From a virus (lineage: Duplodnaviria; Caudoviricetes), in the IMG/VR virus record IMGVR_UViG_3300021371_000021, positions 1 to 54,869 of that record: a DNA stretch of 54,869 nt. One strand, written 5' to 3'. A model generated the notes under the pieces. It did not search any database. It worked only from the letters and a program-made list of their open reading frames with translations, and was not told where the DNA came from. Numbering within the stretch: the first letter of the stretch is position 1; each line of letters opens with the position of its first letter. Of the stretch, positions 52,179 to 54,869 are shown piece by piece. The translations under genes were made by a program, and so were the position numbers.

Positions 52179-54751
52179 GCAATCTAAGCGAGTTACTCCC
52201 AGCGGGGAGCAGTGTAAAAAGTGCAGACTTCGTGGCCCAAGGCACGTTAGCCAGTGGTGTCACGGTAGCACTTAGGTCAGATGGGAAGGTTGAGGCTATT
52301 AGTGCTGGTACACAAGTGATTGGTTCGACAACGGATATTGACACAGGAAATACAAGATATATTAGAGGTTGTTACGACACGACAAATAATAAAGTTGTTG
52401 TTGCTTATGTTGATCTTGGCGGCAGTAGTTACGGCAGAGCTAGAGTGGGTACGGTTAGCGGATCGTCTATTACTTTTGGTTCTGAAGCTACTTTTCGTTC
52501 TGCTAGTGTTGAAAGCATATCAATGTGTTTTGATAGCGGAAGTAGCAAGGTTCTAATTTTTTACAAAGACGATGGCAATTCGGGGTATGGTACAGGTATT
52601 GTCGGAACGGTAAGTGGAACCAGCATTAGCTTTGGCTCGGCAGCAGTGTTTAACTCTGCCTCTACAGGGGCTACAGGAAATAGTGCTATCGCCTGTACTT
52701 ATGAACCTAATCGAAACGCAACAGCTATTTTTTATCGGGATAACGGAGACAGTTCAAAAGGTAATGCTAATGTCGCTATTGTAAGTGGTACTAATCTTTA
52801 TTATGGCTCTGAAGTTAACTTCACCTCTGGTGGTGCTACAGATAACTACATTTCAGCTTGTACTAATACGACAGATAATACTGTAAATGTTGTATGGGTT
52901 GATCCTTCAACTAGCGATTACTTGCAAATAAAGATAGCAACAATCCCAGCTAACTATGTAATCTCTTTCGGTGCAAGCATAGTGGTTAACAATGCGGCAA
53001 GCATCGAATCTGCTGTTGTTTATGATTCTGCTAACAACAAAGTAGTTGTGGGATGGTCGGACGTAAGTAATTCTTATTATGGTAAGTCTAAAGTAGGTAC
53101 GTCTAACGGTTCAACGGGAATGACCTTTGGTACTGCGACTACATTTAGTTCAGCATATACTCAATACATGTCAGGTTCTTTTGATTCCACACAAAACAAA
53201 GTCACATTCGCTTACACCGATGTTGCAGATTCTTATAAAGGTAAAGCCTCTACAGGCACTGTGTCAGGGACTAGCATATCTTTTACTGATCCAGTTACTT
53301 TGTATTCAGGTGGAACGGTTCTTTTAAATAACTTAGTGTTTGATCCCGATACGGCATCATTTGTGTATTCTAATCGCGCTAACCCCAACTACTCCGCTCG
53401 TTCTCTTGTCTATAAACAAGGCACAGCACCCAACGCCACATCCTTCATCGGCATCACAGACCAAGCCATATCAAGCGCGGCTACAGGCAAGGTGGTATGT
53501 AAAGGTGGTGCTATAACGAATACGGGATTGATACCTTTCGCCCCTACAGGTGGCACACCTGTTACTGTTTTAGCAGGAGCAAGCTATTGGAGGGCTGTTA
53601 CTTACGACACTAACTCAAATAAAATAGTTATTGCTACGAGAGACGATGATGGGAGTAATGCTGGAGTAGCTTTTGTCGGTACTGTATCAGGGACTTCTAT
53701 ATCGTTCGGTAGTAAAGTAACTTTTTCCGCAGGTGCAAATGCGTATTACGCAATATGTTTTGATTCTTCTAATAACAAAGTTGTAATCGTGTACCGCGAT
53801 AACAATAATTCAAACTACGGCACAGCTATTGTAGGGACTGTTAGTGGCACAAGTATTTCTTTTGGTTCACCTGCTGTTTTTGAATCTGGAGCGATTGCAA
53901 GCGTTACTTGTGCGTTTGATTCTTCTAATAACAAAGTTGTAATTGCGTATGAAGATGACCAAGGCAATCACTACGGAAAGGCAGTCGTTGGGACGGTCAG
54001 CGGCACAAGTATTTCATTTGGTTCAGCAGTAACTTTCTTTGCAAGCTGGTCATATGATTTTCAAGCTGTTTTTGATTCTAACGCAAACAAAGTTGTTATT
54101 GCTTTTATTGATTATGATACTGGAGATTACTCAAGAGATGGTAAGGCTATAGTCGGTACAGTTAGCGGTACAAGTATTTCATTTGGCTCTGCTGTATTAT
54201 TTAAATTAGATATAGAGTATCCATCGATAGCTTTTGATTCTTCTAATAACAAAGTAGTTATAGCTTATGGAGCTACTGCTGCAACGCCTGATACGGGGAA
54301 TGCAATTGTTGGAACAGTAAGTGGCACGAGCATATCGTTTGGTGCAGAAACTATATTTCAGTCAAATGACGTTACTTATAAATCTTGTGTTTTTGATTCT
54401 TCTAAGTCTCAAATAGTAATTTCTTATCAACACAACGATAATGCTAATAAAGGCACAGTTATTACTGGAACAGTAAGTGGTACTTCTATTTCTTTTGGTT
54501 CATCCTATATTTTTGATGCGGACTCTATTAGATACGTAGCAAGTGTATTTGACCCAGATGCTAATAAAACTATAACTAGCTACGGTGAAGCAACCACGGA
54601 TGCAGGTAAAGCAGTAGTAATTGATCTTTCTTCTGCCCTTACACCCAACACTGCCTACTTCGTACAGGACGATGGTACAATATCAACTTCTAGTACTAGC
54701 ACGAAAGCAGGTACTGCTCTTTCAACAACTTCACTTTTAATTACAGGATAG
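52175..54751 (+). CDS. tail spike/fibre paralog C with two beta-repeat arrays
   Basis: Same architecture as paralog A. Confidence 0.7.
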   Translation: MSNLSELLPAGSSVKSADFVAQGTLASGVTVALRSDGKVEAISAGTQVIGSTTDIDTGNTRYIRGCYDTTNNKVVVAYVDLGGSSYGRARVGTVSGSSITFGSEATFRSASVESISMCFDSGSSKVLIFYKDDGNSGYGTGIVGTVSGTSISFGSAAVFNSASTGATGNSAIACTYEPNRNATAIFYRDNGDSSKGNANVAIVSGTNLYYGSEVNFTSGGATDNYISACTNTTDNTVNVVWVDPSTSDYLQIKIATIPANYVISFGASIVVNNAASIESAVVYDSANNKVVVGWSDVSNSYYGKSKVGTSNGSTGMTFGTATTFSSAYTQYMSGSFDSTQNKVTFAYTDVADSYKGKASTGTVSGTSISFTDPVTLYSGGTVLLNNLVFDPDTASFVYSNRANPNYSARSLVYKQGTAPNATSFIGITDQAISSAATGKVVCKGGAITNTGLIPFAPTGGTPVTVLAGASYWRAVTYDTNSNKIVIATRDDDGSNAGVAFVGTVSGTSISFGSKVTFSAGANAYYAICFDSSNNKVVIVYRDNNNSNYGTAIVGTVSGTSISFGSPAVFESGAIASVTCAFDSSNNKVVIAYEDDQGNHYGKAVVGTVSGTSISFGSAVTFFASWSYDFQAVFDSNANKVVIAFIDYDTGDYSRDGKAIVGTVSGTSISFGSAVLFKLDIEYPSIAFDSSNNKVVIAYGATAATPDTGNAIVGTVSGTSISFGAETIFQSNDVTYKSCVFDSSKSQIVISYQHNDNANKGTVITGTVSGTSISFGSSYIFDADSIRYVASVFDPDANKTITSYGEATTDAGKAVVIDLSSALTPNTAYFVQDDGTISTSSTSTKAGTALSTTSLLITG

Positions 54752-54755
54752 GACT

Positions 54756-54869
54756 ATGAAAACGATAGTAGACACTGCAACCAATACTAGCAAATACCTC
54801 GTGGCTGATGACTACGGTATTAACGTGACTGCCGACAACATCGAGATGGGCGATCCGTCTGCCTTAGAC
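54756..54869 (+). CDS. 3'-truncated hypothetical tail-module protein
   Basis: MKTIVDTATNTSKYLVADD... is open to the end of the window. Confidence 0.6.
   Translation, partial: MKTIVDTATNTSKYLVADDYGINVTADNIEMGDPSALD

Noticed and set aside
172-53327. Many short antisense and out-of-frame ORFs in the track (e.g. 172-573, 3290-3889, 14085-14522, 29682-29918, 31222-31598)
   Set aside because: They shadow well-supported genes or low-complexity non-coding DNA and lack recognisable motifs.
47824-54751. Nucleotide repeats in the tail genes as a diversity-generating retroelement or invertible cassette
   Set aside because: The repeats follow the protein repeat unit and I saw no adenine-specific template/variable pair. 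No reverse transcriptase or invertase is in the window.
1-54869. Alternative genetic code or stop-codon readthrough
   Set aside because: Core genes are intact under the standard code, and all three stop codons are used at gene ends.

Overview
The window is most of a tailed dsDNA bacteriophage genome, probably podovirus-like and from an aquatic host (host not determinable from the sequence). It has three blocks. (1) 1-11405 (+): putative internal virion/ejection proteins, ending in a 2402-aa protein with two HExxH zincin motifs. (2) 11407-31092 (-): replication and early genes, including a primase-helicase, HTH protein, Cys-domain/SSB-like fusion, SNF2 helicase, Cas4-like exonuclease, thermonuclease, family A DNA polymerase, VRR-NUC, and an AAA ATPase plus metallopeptidase-vWA pair. 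(3) 31586-54869 (+): terminase, portal, GroES-like protein, scaffold, major capsid protein, small basic proteins, adaptors and three paralogous beta-repeat tail/spike proteins. I recognised no integrase, RNA polymerase, lysis gene, tRNA or CRISPR array. The most striking signals are non-coding: six copies of a 22-bp palindrome (CAGTTTAGTCTAGACTAAACTG) at early-region gene junctions; four sigma70-type promoters sharing a dyad over the -35 box; an iteron/AT-tract origin candidate; a pseudoknot-capable RNA after the capsid gene; and a structured ~220-nt RNA candidate after the polymerase gene. All family assignments come from recognising motifs by eye, not from database searches.
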